Source: an uncultured Verrucomicrobiae bacterium (lineage in GTDB: Bacteria; Verrucomicrobiota; Verrucomicrobiia; Chthoniobacterales; UBA10450). From it: a DNA stretch of 64,000 nucleotides. The notes below the pieces were generated by a model. It ran no database searches. It was not told where the DNA came from and worked only from the letters and a program-made list of their open reading frames with translations. The stretch covers positions 960,001 to 1,024,000 of the forward strand of contig CAWIBO010000002.1 of the NCBI GenBank assembly GCA_963834385.1, given 5' to 3'. This document shows, piece after piece, positions 18,889 to 28,913 of the stretch (its first letter is position 1; each line of letters starts with the position of its first letter). A program made the position numbers and the translations under genes.

Positions 18889-19200
18889 TCAGGGCCGTTT
18901 GCGGCCCCGGAGCCGCTGGGTCTCTTTCTCCTCCGGGGCAAAGGCCTGCAAAAGGTTGCCGCAGCAGTTCACCACCGCCGCCTGGTTCATGGTGTAAAAA
19001 GCGAGCTTCCCTTCCTGGCGATGATGCACCAGCCCGGCCCGCTTGAGGACCGCGAGATGATGCGATGCCGTCGGCTGGGTCACGCCCACTTCGCGCGCAA
19101 TTTCCGTGACCGGCCGCCAATGGCAGCAACAGTAACGCATGATCCGTTGGCGGGTAGCGTCGGCGATCGCCTTGCCAAACTGAACAGGAGTCGCAGGCAC
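18889..19200 (-). CDS. ArsR/SmtB-family transcriptional regulator
   Basis: KAIADATRQRIM, VTEIA..VGVTQPTASHHLAVLK.AGLV..RQEG...FY HTH; CCC and CC motifs. Confidence 0.92.
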   Translation of the reverse strand: MPATPVQFGKAIADATRQRIMRYCCCHWRPVTEIAREVGVTQPTASHHLAVLKRAGLVHHRQEGKLAFYTMNQAAVVNCCGNLLQAFAPEEKETQRLRGRKRP

Positions 19201-19206
19201 ATCCTC

Positions 19207-19234
19207 AACGTATAGACGTTCGTCGATGCGTCAA
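19207..19234 (-). promoter_or_regulatory. sigma70-like promoter with overlapping operator for arsR
   Basis: Minus strand TTGACG-N16-TACGTT ending 6 nt before the GTG; imperfect palindrome ATAGAC-GTTC-GTCGAT (19212-19227) in the spacer. Confidence 0.55.
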
Positions 19235-19251
19235 GCACGTTTTTTTCGCTC

Positions 19252-19776
19252 TTACGGCGGCGCCACCCATTTGCCGTCCAGCATCACCGGGCCCGCCAGG
19301 ATTTCCTCCGTCCGCTCAAGTTTCCAGCCGGTCAATTCCTGGTGCCAGATGTCCCGCTGCACGATCGCCGTCTGGACGTTGCGCGGTTTTCCCGGCTCGT
19401 TCTGCGCGACCTGGTCGCGGTTGTAGCGCTGCGTCACGATCACGGCGACGTCGCCGTTCCCCAGCGGCATGATGCTCTCGATCTTCGCGTTGACGAAACG
19501 CACCTCACGCGTCGTCTTCATGTTCTGCTCATGCCGTGCGATCATCTCCTCCCGGCTTCGCTCGGTCCCGTCGGCGCTGATGTAGGTGAAGTTCGGCCCG
19601 AGGAAACTGAGAAACTTCACGCTGTCCAGATTCTGGATGGCGAGGGCGATCTGGTCGTAGATCTCGCGGAACTGTTCCTCCAACTCACCGGCGGTGGGAG
19701 TCTTCGGCGCGGCCGCCGCGGCCCCTGCACCAGCCAGGAGAAGAGCAAGAATACAGAGCAGATGTCGTGGGGACAT
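19252..19776 (-). CDS. Secreted NTF2-like (DUF4440/SnoaL-like) protein
   Basis: Signal peptide; FLGPNFTYISADG..RSREE pattern followed by beta strands and DIW...GWKL. Confidence 0.65.
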   Translation of the reverse strand: MSPRHLLCILALLLAGAGAAAAAPKTPTAGELEEQFREIYDQIALAIQNLDSVKFLSFLGPNFTYISADGTERSREEMIARHEQNMKTTREVRFVNAKIESIMPLGNGDVAVIVTQRYNRDQVAQNEPGKPRNVQTAIVQRDIWHQELTGWKLERTEEILAGPVMLDGKWVAPP

Positions 19777-19829
19777 GGAAACAGCCTAGCGCGAAAAGCC
19801 GATTTTGCGCTTTCTCGGCCAGGGAGATT

Positions 19830-20261
19830 TCAGGCGGCCGGTGTCGGGCGCGGGGCGGAAGCGCTCCGATAGATCGCGGCCACGATCAGTCCGAGGAGAA
19901 TGCTTTGCAGGATCCCGGCGACGAACCATTTCGAGGCGAGAGCCCCCGGCATGGGCAGGACGACGAAGTTCATCAGGGCCCAGACGCCCTGGAACACGCC
20001 CATCCAGAAACCGAAAAGCACACCTGTGCCGAGCGAGCGCCCGGCAAAACCAAGCGCCCAGACCATGGTGAAGGCCAGGGCGCAGACCAACTGTGCGCCG
20101 AGCATCCAGGGCAGGCGCGCGGTCATCTCGGCGTCCGAACGCCAGATTTCCTTGGTGGCGGTGTAATCCGGCAGCAGCCAGATGGAGTGGACAATGGCAT
20201 CGCTGGCGAAGATGAAAATCGCGCCGGCAACAATGGCGAGGAGAAGGCGGGTGATGTTCAT
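19830..20261 (-). CDS. Small 4-TM membrane protein (DUF1761-like)
   Basis: Four hydrophobic segments, Y...KEIWR motif, G.LFG motif. Confidence 0.6.
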   Translation of the reverse strand: MNITRLLLAIVAGAIFIFASDAIVHSIWLLPDYTATKEIWRSDAEMTARLPWMLGAQLVCALAFTMVWALGFAGRSLGTGVLFGFWMGVFQGVWALMNFVVLPMPGALASKWFVAGILQSILLGLIVAAIYRSASAPRPTPAA

Positions 20262-20349
20262 GGGGCAGCCCATGGCTTAACAGGACGCCCGGCCCAAGAC
20301 CAGCGCAATCTCTCTGCCGGGATCAGGACAAACCTCTCAACCGCAGGGG

Positions 20350-20835
20350 TTAATCCTCACCCTCGAAGTAATCGGTCTCCGTGCCCTGCACGATCACCGG
20401 TGGACCGCCCTCCTTGAAAACCGACCACTTCCCGCTGTCGGGGTAGTAGCAGGAATCGCCCACCGGATTGTCCGCCACCACATAATAGAGAAAATCCTCG
20501 CCCGATTCGTTGAGGAGCTGGTGGGCCTCGCCCGGTTTAAAAAGAAAGAGGTCTCCGGTTTCCACCTCGGTTCGTCCGCCCGGGTGCCGGACGACGCCGC
20601 GCCCGGCCAGAACAAGGTAAAGTTCCCATTGGGCTGACTCGGCATGATAGGGACAAAAGGAGGCGCCGGGCGGCAGTCGCCCGCGCATGAGGTCAAAAGG
20701 ATGACGCTCAGAGAGGTCGAGCGAATCGGGCTTCCGGCCGAGCGCAACGGAGAGGTCCTGGCGAAAGGAATGAAATTTGCCGGAAGGAGACCGGCGCTCG
20801 GCCTCGGGAACATGCGCGATGTTGATCTTGTGCAC
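20350..20835 (-). CDS. Cupin domain protein
   Basis: LPPG..FCPYHAE..QWELYLVLAG and GD...F.PGEAHQL.N cupin motifs, YYPDSGK tail. Confidence 0.85.
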   Translation of the reverse strand: MHKINIAHVPEAERRSPSGKFHSFRQDLSVALGRKPDSLDLSERHPFDLMRGRLPPGASFCPYHAESAQWELYLVLAGRGVVRHPGGRTEVETGDLFLFKPGEAHQLLNESGEDFLYYVVADNPVGDSCYYPDSGKWSVFKEGGPPVIVQGTETDYFEGED

Positions 20836-20948
20836 GCCTTCTTTTAAGGCCGGAGGCGGCCCGGGTGCAATGCTGTGCCGTGGGAGACAGGGGCCGACGC
20901 GGAGGCCCGTGAAGTTGTGGGAGGAAGGGGAGCCGAGTAGACTCTGCG

Positions 20949-23417
20949 ATGCGATCGTTCCTCGCGGTTTTTCTTCTTCTGTGCGCCGCGACCCTGCCTT
21001 TGCCGGCGCAGGAGAAACCGACGAACGACCGGTCGCGCCTGCCGGCGGGCCTGCGCGAGCTGCCTCTCGAGCGTCTTTCCTCGGGGGCGCTCATGCTGCT
21101 GAACCGCGACGGAAACCTGGTGGCGCCGCCCCGGTCCGCCGCGGCATCCGGCGGGACGCGCGCCGGGGTGCAGGACCGCCAGTTCATGCTCGAGCTTGAT
21201 CCGCGCGTGGGGATGAACATCCGGCTGGGCGACGATCCGCCCGAGCTCCCCTCCACCATCCGCTCGCAAGCCGAGCCGCACATTGAGCGTTCGGTGACGC
21301 ATCCCGACTTTCTCGCAGCCACGTTCCAGGAAGGGCGTTTTACCGACGGCGGCGCGGTTGATTGCGGCTACTCGATCAGCAATGACGGCGGACTGACCTG
21401 GACACGCGAACTGATTCCGAACCTGACCACAGCCAAGGGAGGCACCTATTTTCGTGCGACCGACCCGGTGGTCCGGATCAACCTCGCCGGGCACGTTTTC
21501 CTGAACACTCTGGCGGCGACCGACGAGGCCTTCGACACCGGCGTGATCGTGCTCAGCCGCTCGCAGGATGGGGGCCGTTCTTTTACCAACCCAATCCTGG
21601 TCTACGCCCCGGCCAACAGCACCATCTTCCCGGATAAAAACTGGATGGCGGTGAACAATTTTGCCGGGACCACCACCGCCGGACGCATCATGGTCACCTT
21701 TACCTCTTTTATCGGGAACACGTCGCCGATCACGCGGACCTACAGCGACGACAACGGGAACACCTGGAGCACGGCGACTTTCGTGCACGGTTCGACCACG
21801 GACGCGCAGGGCTCGCAGCCGGTCTACCTCCCGAACGGCAACCTCGTCATCCCCTATTGGAACTTCGGGACCAACGCCAACCCGAACGAGCGGCTCGAGA
21901 CGGTGAACTCGACCAATGGCGGCAACACCTTTGGCGCGCCGGTTTTCATCACCAACGTGGCCCGTTACAACCCGCCCAACATTCGCAGCGCCCTTTTTCT
22001 GCCGAACGCCACCGGCGACCGCACCACCAACAGTGTCTACGTCGTTTATCAGGCCACCTTCGCCGGGGCACCCCGGGTTATGTTCACGAAATCGACCAAC
22101 TCCGGCGCGAGCTGGAGCACGCCCGTGCCGATTTCGGACAACCCGCCCACGACCGGCGTCTTCAACCCAGCCATCGCGGCTTCGCCAGACGGGCAGACTC
22201 TCGCGGTGGTGTTCTACGACCGGCGCGACAACCCGGGCTCGAACACGCTGGTGCATCTCTACCTGGCGCAATCCTTCGACAGCGGCGCAACCTGGCAGCC
22301 GAACATCCGCCTGACGGACACCGTGACGGATGCTTCGCTCGCGCCGCTGACCGCGAGCGGCTACATGCTGGGCGATTACCTGGGCGTGGCCGAGCCGGTG
22401 AACAACAATATCCCGGCGGTCCCGGTTTACATCGACACCCGCACCGGCAACCCCGATCCGTTCGTCGTGCGCGTGGGCATCGCCCCCACGGCCACCTACG
22501 AAAGCTGGCAGGCCGCGCGTCTCTCCCTTTCCCAGATCAACACGCCCACGGTCGGCGGCATGACCGGCGACGCGGACGGCGACACGGAGAACAACGGGGG
22601 CGAGTTCGCCGCCATGACCAATCCGAACGACGCGCTTTACCAAGCCCGGCCGCTCAACATCTCGACCCGGCTCGAGATCGGCACCGGCGACAATGCCGGG
22701 ATCGGCGGCTTCATCATCACGGGAACCGGAAATAAACAGGCCATCATCCGCGCAATCGGACCTTCCCTGGCAAATTTCGGGATCGCAAACGCCCTGCCGG
22801 ACCCGACGCTCGAACTGGTCGGCCCCGGCGGCCCCATCGCGGTCAACGATGACTGGCGCGACACCAACGAGACAGCCATCCAGAATACCGGCCTGGCCCC
22901 AAGCGATGACCGGGAAGCCGCGATCCTGACCACCCTGGCACCGGGGCAGTACACCGCGATTGTCCGCGGAAAGAACGGCGCAACCGGGATTGCCCTGGTT
23001 GAAACCTACGACTTGGGCGACGCCACCGCGAAGCTCGCCAACCTCAGCACTCGCGGCCAGGTGCTCACGGGCGAGAGCGTCATGATCGGCGGAGTCATCG
23101 TGGGCGGCGGCAGCGGCCCCGGCGGCACGGGAAATTCACGTCTCCTTTTGCGCGGCATCGGTCCCTCCTCCGGGCTGGCCGGGGCGCTGGGCGATCCGAC
23201 GCTGCGCGTGGTCAACAGCGACGGCATGATCCTGGCGCAAAACAACAATTGGAAAGAAACACAGCGCCTGGAGATCCTCGCCACCGGCATTCCGCCGGGA
23301 AACGACAACGAATCCGCCATCCTCATCAGCCTGCCCATCGGCCAGTACACTGCGATTCTCGAGGGCGCGGGCAACACCACCGGTCTCGCGCTGGTGGAGG
23401 CCTACGACGTTGACTGA
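20949..23417 (+). CDS. Secreted BNR/Asp-box (sialidase-like) beta-propeller protein with tandem C-terminal NISTR domains
   Basis: Signal peptide; six S.D/N.G.T/S.W/F Asp boxes; PDKNW, GDYLG; C-terminal LNISTR...ALVETYD and LANLSTR...ALVEAYD units. Confidence 0.85.
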   Translation: MRSFLAVFLLLCAATLPLPAQEKPTNDRSRLPAGLRELPLERLSSGALMLLNRDGNLVAPPRSAAASGGTRAGVQDRQFMLELDPRVGMNIRLGDDPPELPSTIRSQAEPHIERSVTHPDFLAATFQEGRFTDGGAVDCGYSISNDGGLTWTRELIPNLTTAKGGTYFRATDPVVRINLAGHVFLNTLAATDEAFDTGVIVLSRSQDGGRSFTNPILVYAPANSTIFPDKNWMAVNNFAGTTTAGRIMVTFTSFIGNTSPITRTYSDDNGNTWSTATFVHGSTTDAQGSQPVYLPNGNLVIPYWNFGTNANPNERLETVNSTNGGNTFGAPVFITNVARYNPPNIRSALFLPNATGDRTTNSVYVVYQATFAGAPRVMFTKSTNSGASWSTPVPISDNPPTTGVFNPAIAASPDGQTLAVVFYDRRDNPGSNTLVHLYLAQSFDSGATWQPNIRLTDTVTDASLAPLTASGYMLGDYLGVAEPVNNNIPAVPVYIDTRTGNPDPFVVRVGIAPTATYESWQAARLSLSQINTPTVGGMTGDADGDTENNGGEFAAMTNPNDALYQARPLNISTRLEIGTGDNAGIGGFIITGTGNKQAIIRAIGPSLANFGIANALPDPTLELVGPGGPIAVNDDWRDTNETAIQNTGLAPSDDREAAILTTLAPGQYTAIVRGKNGATGIALVETYDLGDATAKLANLSTRGQVLTGESVMIGGVIVGGGSGPGGTGNSRLLLRGIGPSSGLAGALGDPTLRVVNSDGMILAQNNNWKETQRLEILATGIPPGNDNESAILISLPIGQYTAILEGAGNTTGLALVEAYDVD

Positions 23418-23429
23418 CGTTTAAAGAAA

Positions 23430-23454
23430 TGCGCCGGGGACGGCGCACGCTATC
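23430..23454 (-). repeat. GTAG-like REP hairpin
   Basis: Minus strand GATAGCG-TGCGCCG-TCCC-CGGCGCA; same architecture as 27974-27998. Confidence 0.55.
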
Positions 23455-23530
23455 GCGACGCGAAGCGGGTGGACGATTTCTTTGCCTGGGACGCGGTTGC
23501 GCCCGCGCTTTCCTCAGCGAAATCGGCGCA

Positions 23531-25309
23531 TTAGGGCGAGGGCGCTGGCGAAGGAGCGCGCTGCGGCAATTCCGGCTCCGCCGAGGGACGCAGGACCAGC
23601 GCCAGCAGGTCGTTGGCCGGGCTGACCAGGACCGGGCCGCGGCCCAGTTGATTCAGGGTATCGGCGATCTCCTGGCCTTTCCCGGGGAAAGCTTTCAGGT
23701 TCAGCATGAGCGCGGAAAAACCGTAACCTTCCAGCGTCTCGATCGCGTCCGTCAGGCCGAGCTTCGTCAGGTCATTGGGCCAATCCTGGCTCGCTCGTCC
23801 CTTCACCGTGCCGAAGGAATAGCGGAGTTTGGTGGAGAAAAAGTAGGGGCGAAAATGCTCGTAACCGGAAAGACCGTCGAGATGGCGCTCGGGGAAATCG
23901 ATGACCGGGAGCTGGAAGACCATCGCCCCGGACGGCAGAGCCTCCTCGAGCTGGCGCGCAAAATCGCGGTCAGATGAGATCGTGCGCGCGATTTGAGCAA
24001 TCCGCTCATCGGGCATGACCGGCGGGGTCTGGTCGGCCCAGGCGACGAGCACCAGCCAGACCGCCAGGAGCATGCCCTGCAGCTGGCGTTCGGCAAAGAG
24101 CGGGGTGAGCCGGCGGCACAGAAACAGGAGCAGCAGCGCAAGGATGACAATGCTGTAACGGGTCGTCGCCCGAAAAAGCTGGAGGCCGGCCGCTCCGAGC
24201 AAACCATTCACGCCGCCGACCACGCTGTAGGCGAAAATCCATCCGATTTGCGCAGCCTCCAGGGGCACGCCCGCGGGCGAGCGCAGGGCGAGCCGCCGAA
24301 ACGTCACCCAGGCCAGCCAGACGAACGCCGCCACCCCGATGAATCCCAGATACGCGCCGGGCGGGATCTCTCCGACCACCAGGGTTTGCTTGAAGTACTC
24401 CAGACTGGCATCGCCGAAGAAGCGGTGGCCGGGATGAGGAACGAAAAGGTCGGTGAACTTGAGCGCGTAATATTCGATCCATTGGTAAAACCGAACCACC
24501 GCCCCCGGATTAAAGCCCTCGGCCAGCCAGGCCAGGAACGTGTTCAGGTTCATCAGCGCGGTCACGCCCAGGGCGGTGCCGCCCACGGCCAGGCCCGGCC
24601 AGGCCCGGCGCCAGTCGTGGCGAAGCCACTGCGCGGCCGCGCCCAGCCAGGCCAGCTGCACAAAAATATTCGTGTAATAAATGTTCTGGAGTCCGGTGAC
24701 GGCGGCCACGCCCAGCGCCATCCACCATGCGTGGGTGCGCGGCCTCAACCCGTCCCCCGTGCTGATCCAGCGGCAGACCAGCAGGCCAAGCGGAACGTGC
24801 CAGAAGAAAGCCACGTTGAGATGGTGCGCTTCCCGCGCCCAGGCGAAGCGGGCCCAGGCAAAGACCAGCGCGCCCAGGAGCGCCCAGGTGCGTTCAGCGC
24901 CCATCGCCCGCGCCGCCGCGTAGAAGGCCGCGCCCGCCAGGAGATGCGCCAGCATCGCAAAAAAGTTCAGCGCCGGAAAAATCCCAACGAAACGCGCGAG
25001 CAAACCCGGGAAGAGAAAGATGGCCTTCTCCGTCCAGGGAAAATCATCCCAGCGCGCACCGGCGGGCGCGCCCAGCTCCGGGATGGTGAGCCGGTGAAAA
25101 AAACCGATGTGTCCCGCTTCCGCGGCCCGGATCCCGGCCAGGAGCCAGAGCACATCCACCTGCGCGCCATCCTCATGGTAGGTGATCGGAACCTGCCAGT
25201 GTTCCCCTTTCCACCGGTTCATCTGCGTCAGCCAGACGCCGGCAATGACGAGGAGGAGGGCGAGCACGACTCCCCCTTCGATGAGGAAGAAGCGCCGCCG
25301 TTCCGACAT
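23531..25309 (-). CDS. Polytopic membrane protein, possible GT-C-type glycan modification enzyme
   Basis: More than 10 TM segments, P.LGAP..A.W.DFP and VFQLP..FPE...YEHFRPY motifs; ATG at 25309 (MSERRRF). Confidence 0.6.
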   Translation of the reverse strand: MSERRRFFLIEGGVVLALLLVIAGVWLTQMNRWKGEHWQVPITYHEDGAQVDVLWLLAGIRAAEAGHIGFFHRLTIPELGAPAGARWDDFPWTEKAIFLFPGLLARFVGIFPALNFFAMLAHLLAGAAFYAAARAMGAERTWALLGALVFAWARFAWAREAHHLNVAFFWHVPLGLLVCRWISTGDGLRPRTHAWWMALGVAAVTGLQNIYYTNIFVQLAWLGAAAQWLRHDWRRAWPGLAVGGTALGVTALMNLNTFLAWLAEGFNPGAVVRFYQWIEYYALKFTDLFVPHPGHRFFGDASLEYFKQTLVVGEIPPGAYLGFIGVAAFVWLAWVTFRRLALRSPAGVPLEAAQIGWIFAYSVVGGVNGLLGAAGLQLFRATTRYSIVILALLLLFLCRRLTPLFAERQLQGMLLAVWLVLVAWADQTPPVMPDERIAQIARTISSDRDFARQLEEALPSGAMVFQLPVIDFPERHLDGLSGYEHFRPYFFSTKLRYSFGTVKGRASQDWPNDLTKLGLTDAIETLEGYGFSALMLNLKAFPGKGQEIADTLNQLGRGPVLVSPANDLLALVLRPSAEPELPQRAPSPAPSP

Positions 25310-25399
25310 GGTCCTACTCACCAGAAATCGCGACTTCTGGCCAGCGAAGAAAATGGGGTTCCGGGGACGCCTTGACGCGGGGTATACCCTCAACGGCAA

Positions 25400-25924
25400 A
25401 TGAGCAATTCCCTCCCGCCCCCGCCCGCCTCCCCGTCGTTCTCTCCCGCGCCGCCGCCGCGGGGCTGGTTCAGCCGCAACTGGAAATGGTTTCTCCCCGT
25501 CGGCTGCCTTGGTTTTGCCGGACTGATCGGCGCCGCCGTGCTCGCCATCATTATCTTCGTCTTCGGCATGATCAAACAATCCGACGTCTACCAGAACTCC
25601 GTCGTGACGGCGCAGACGCACCCGGCGGTGGTCGAGGCGCTCGGTTCGCCGGTGGAGGTCGGTTTCTTCGTCTCCGGCAAGACGGAGACAAACGACGCTT
25701 CCGGCCGAAGCGAGATCGCGATCCCGATTTCCGGGCCGAAAGGGAAGGGGAAGATTTACGCCGTGGGCGACAAGTCAGCCGGCCAGTGGGAAATGCGGGA
25801 GCTGGTGGTGGAGATCGAGAAGACAGGCGAGCGGATCGACCTGCTCGGCGAGGCCCAGGAACGTCTCGAAGAAAGCCCGGCCGAGCCGGAGCCGGACGAG
25901 GAACCGGCCGAGACGACGACCTGA
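25400..25924 (+). CDS. Coa1-like (cytochrome oxidase assembly factor 1 family) membrane protein
   Basis: W..RNWKW, one TM, SDVY..., EALGSP, PISGPKGKG.IY, W motifs. Confidence 0.75.
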   Translation: MSNSLPPPPASPSFSPAPPPRGWFSRNWKWFLPVGCLGFAGLIGAAVLAIIIFVFGMIKQSDVYQNSVVTAQTHPAVVEALGSPVEVGFFVSGKTETNDASGRSEIAIPISGPKGKGKIYAVGDKSAGQWEMRELVVEIEKTGERIDLLGEAQERLEESPAEPEPDEEPAETTT

Positions 25925-25944
25925 AACCGGTAACCGGCCGTTCG

Positions 25945-27829
25945 CTACGGGATGGTGTAGAATTCGACCAAGGCCGAGACCGGTGGTGTCGTTCTTGCCG
26001 CGCAAGATGGCGGTATATTGGCCGGGACCGCGATCCACGATAATGGCCGCCTCCGCGGCATTGGCGGGCGCCAGTCCGGCCGCGGTCAGGGCGGCGGCCT
26101 GCCCGGCGTCATCCTGCCAGTTGTCATTCGCGGCGATGAAAACGCCGTTGCCATCGCGGAGTTCAAGGACGGGATCAGCCAGTGCGCCGCCCAGGCCGGT
26201 GGAAGGCCCGAGCCCGCGCACGACCACCGAGGCCGCTTCCGTGCCGCTGCCGAGGATAAAGCCGGCGATCATGACGTTGTCGCCCGTCTGCACAAGGGAA
26301 CGTCCGCTGATGTTGGCGAGACGCGCCTCCGCGCCCGGGGAGACGTCGTAACCCTCCACCAAACCTACACCGGTGCCGTCGCTGGTGCCGCGGACGATGG
26401 CGGTGTAACTGCCGGGCGTCAGCGTGGCCGCAAGGGCGGACTCGAGATCGTGGTCCGGCTCGAGCGCCAGCGTCTGGATCTCGGCCGCGTCCGGTGAAGT
26501 CATCCAGTTGTCGTTGCTTTGCAGGAGGGTGCCATTGGCATCACGCAGTTCGAGGAAAGGATCAGCCAGCGGGCCGGTGACGAACCCGTCGAGGGACGGG
26601 CCGATGCCGCGGGCCACGATGCGCTTGTAGGCGTCACCCGCGACGATGAAACCGCCGATAAGAACGTTGTCCCCCGTGCCGATGTGCGCGCGGACGGAAA
26701 TGTTCAGGGCTGCCGCCGGTTGCGGACTGTAGCGGACCCGCATCAGATTGTTATTCCCGCGGGAAAGATAATAGAGACTGCCCACCTGGCCGACATGGAG
26801 GTCAACCGGACCGTTCGCGCTGGTGGCAAAAAGCGTCGCCGTGTTCGTGGCCGGATCGAGCAGGCGGATCCAGTCGTTCACGAAATCGGCGAAGAAATAC
26901 TTGCCGAGGTAACTGTCGGGAAATTGCGGGGTGACCGGATTATAAAAGGCGCCTCCGGTAATGGCACGGCCGGCGGTGGTGCCGTTGCCGTGACCATAGG
27001 AGAAGAGGGGATAACGATAATCCGGGTTGGGCGCGCCGCTCGGCGGGCCTTCCTCGTCGGGCCAGCCGTAATTCGACCCGGCAATGCCATCGTTGATCTC
27101 CTCGAAGGAGGATGCGCCCACGTCGTTGATGAACATGCGGCCGGTGGTTTGCTGGAAGGTAAAAGTATAGGGGTTGCGCAAACCGAGCGCCCAGATGGCG
27201 CGATTGGCTCCGGTGGCGGTGTTGTAGAAGGGATTGTCCGTCGGGATGGTGCCGTCGGCATTCAGGCGCAGCATCTTGCCGTGGCGGTTGGCCAGGGTTT
27301 GGGAATTGGTCGAGGCGGCGTTGTCGCCCACGGCAATGTAGAGCTTCCCGTCATGCCCAAAATGAATGGCGCCGCCATTGTGGTTGGTCGCGCCGCTCAG
27401 GTTGTCCAGGTCGACGATTACGGTCTCGCTCCCGGCCGCCGCGACATCGCCGTTGGCGGTGAAACGGCTGACACGGTTGTGCACCGGCAGCGTGCTGGTG
27501 GTGTAATAGAGGTAAACGTATTTGTTCGTCGCGAAATTCGGATCAAAGGCCACCCCGAGCAGACCGCGTTCGCCGGTGGAATTGACCGTGAGCGAGACGA
27601 ACGGAGTCGCGAGGAGCACGTCGTTCTTGATCACGCGCAGCGTCCCCGCCTGTTCGCAGACAAAGATGCGGCCGTCGGGCGCGATGGCCATGGCCGTGGC
27701 GGCGCTCAGGTTGGTGGCCAGGGCCGTCTCGCTGAAACCGGCGGGCAACGTGGCCGCCGAGAGCCCAGCCAGCCCGAAACCGCTCGCAAGCAGCGTTAAA
27801 AACAGATGCTTCAATCCTGCCCCGCCCAT
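25945..27829 (-). CDS. Secreted PQQ-dependent sugar dehydrogenase (GSDH family) with tandem NISTR-type C-terminal domains; +1 frameshift near 25972
   Basis: GERGLLG.AFDP, NHNGG.IHFG.DGKLY, GK.LR...DG.IP.DNPF, GLRNP, DVG...EEIN, NYGWP. Removing one base gives ...GLGLVEFYTIP* (stop 25945) and removes the overlap with the Coa1-like gene. Confidence 0.88.
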
Positions 27830-27973
27830 TAATCCCTTGGTTCTGCACATAGTTTTAGCTGCCACCGACCGCCCATTTTCCCGGGGGTAATGGCTGGCCC
27901 TAAAAAAAGCACAAAACGCAAAGGGCGCCATGCGCCATTTCATCGTTGTCTGGTGAGGACGCTGTTTGCCGAA

Positions 27974-27998
27974 TCCGCTGAGGACAGCGGACGCTACC
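27974..27998 (-). repeat. GTAG-type REP hairpin
   Basis: Minus strand GGTAGCG-TCCGCTG-TCCT-CAGCGGA. Confidence 0.6.
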
Positions 27999-28157
27999 GC
28001 GCGCCAAGCAGATCAGCGCCCATCCGCGAGTCACGCTCTAACGTGCGCGCCGTCCCGGCGCATCCGCTCTGCTCTGCTCTGCTCCTGCTCCTGCTCCAGA
28101 TCCGCTGGCGCGACGCACCGCCGACCTTCCTTAGCCCCGCCCATCCGCCAATCGTCG

Positions 28158-28913
28158 CTAGATATTCCCCGCGAGGAGGATCGGCCCTTCTTTCTTCGGC
28201 ACGCCGCCTTCGCGCTCAAGGCTGATGGCAAACGCTTTCACCTGGTTGGCAGCCTGGACCGGCTGGAACCGGACCTGCGCCACTCCGTTCGCGTCGACCC
28301 TGACCACCCCCGCGCTGATCGGCTCGGGATGCGCGGCGTCAACCGCCCAAAGCTGGTAATCACGGCCCGCGGCCGCCGGCGGGAGATTGCTGATCTTGAT
28401 CGTGCCGGCCTGGCGCGAAGGCTCCCAGGCGACCACTGCCTGGGCCCCGGCCGGCCCATCGGGCACCGGCCCAAGCGCCACCAGCACCTGGGGCGATTCC
28501 ACCACCACCGGCGTGGCGGCCGGCTGGGGCGGTTTCTCCGCGAGGCGTTTTTCCATCTGGGCGCGGTCCTGCCAGAGAAGCCCGCAGAAAATGGCGAGCC
28601 CTGCCGCAATGGCCCAGGGCAGCCAGATGGCCGCGGCGCCCCGACCGGCTCCACGCTCCTCGAACGGCACCACTTTACCGGTGGCGCCCTCGGTCTGCGC
28701 GATCTCCGCCATGACGCGGGCTTTCACCCCGCCACCCGGCGCGACGGCAGGCGCGGTCAGGGCAAGTCCGGCGGCGGCCTCCCGCAAATCGCGCACCAGC
28801 GTGGCCAACTCCGGACTGCCGGCCAGTTCACGCTCAAAGGCAACCCGCTCGGCGCCCGTGAGAGCATCGAGCGCGTAGAGCGCGGCCTGGTCCTGTTGTT
28901 CGTCCGTGATCAT
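28158..28913 (-). CDS. RskA-type anti-sigma factor
   Basis: AALYALDAL...ER..FE, one TM (WAIAAGLA), DYQLW, PISAGV, FAISLE..GG; overlaps the sigma gene stop. Confidence 0.88.
   Translation of the reverse strand: MITDEQQDQAALYALDALTGAERVAFERELAGSPELATLVRDLREAAAGLALTAPAVAPGGGVKARVMAEIAQTEGATGKVVPFEERGAGRGAAAIWLPWAIAAGLAIFCGLLWQDRAQMEKRLAEKPPQPAATPVVVESPQVLVALGPVPDGPAGAQAVVAWEPSRQAGTIKISNLPPAAAGRDYQLWAVDAAHPEPISAGVVRVDANGVAQVRFQPVQAANQVKAFAISLEREGGVPKKEGPILLAGNI

Noticed and set aside
18242..19234. Genomic island integrated at tRNA-Leu (or at tRNA-Gln, 54696-54766)
   Set aside because: No integrase, no duplicated tRNA 3' end noticed and no clear composition shift.
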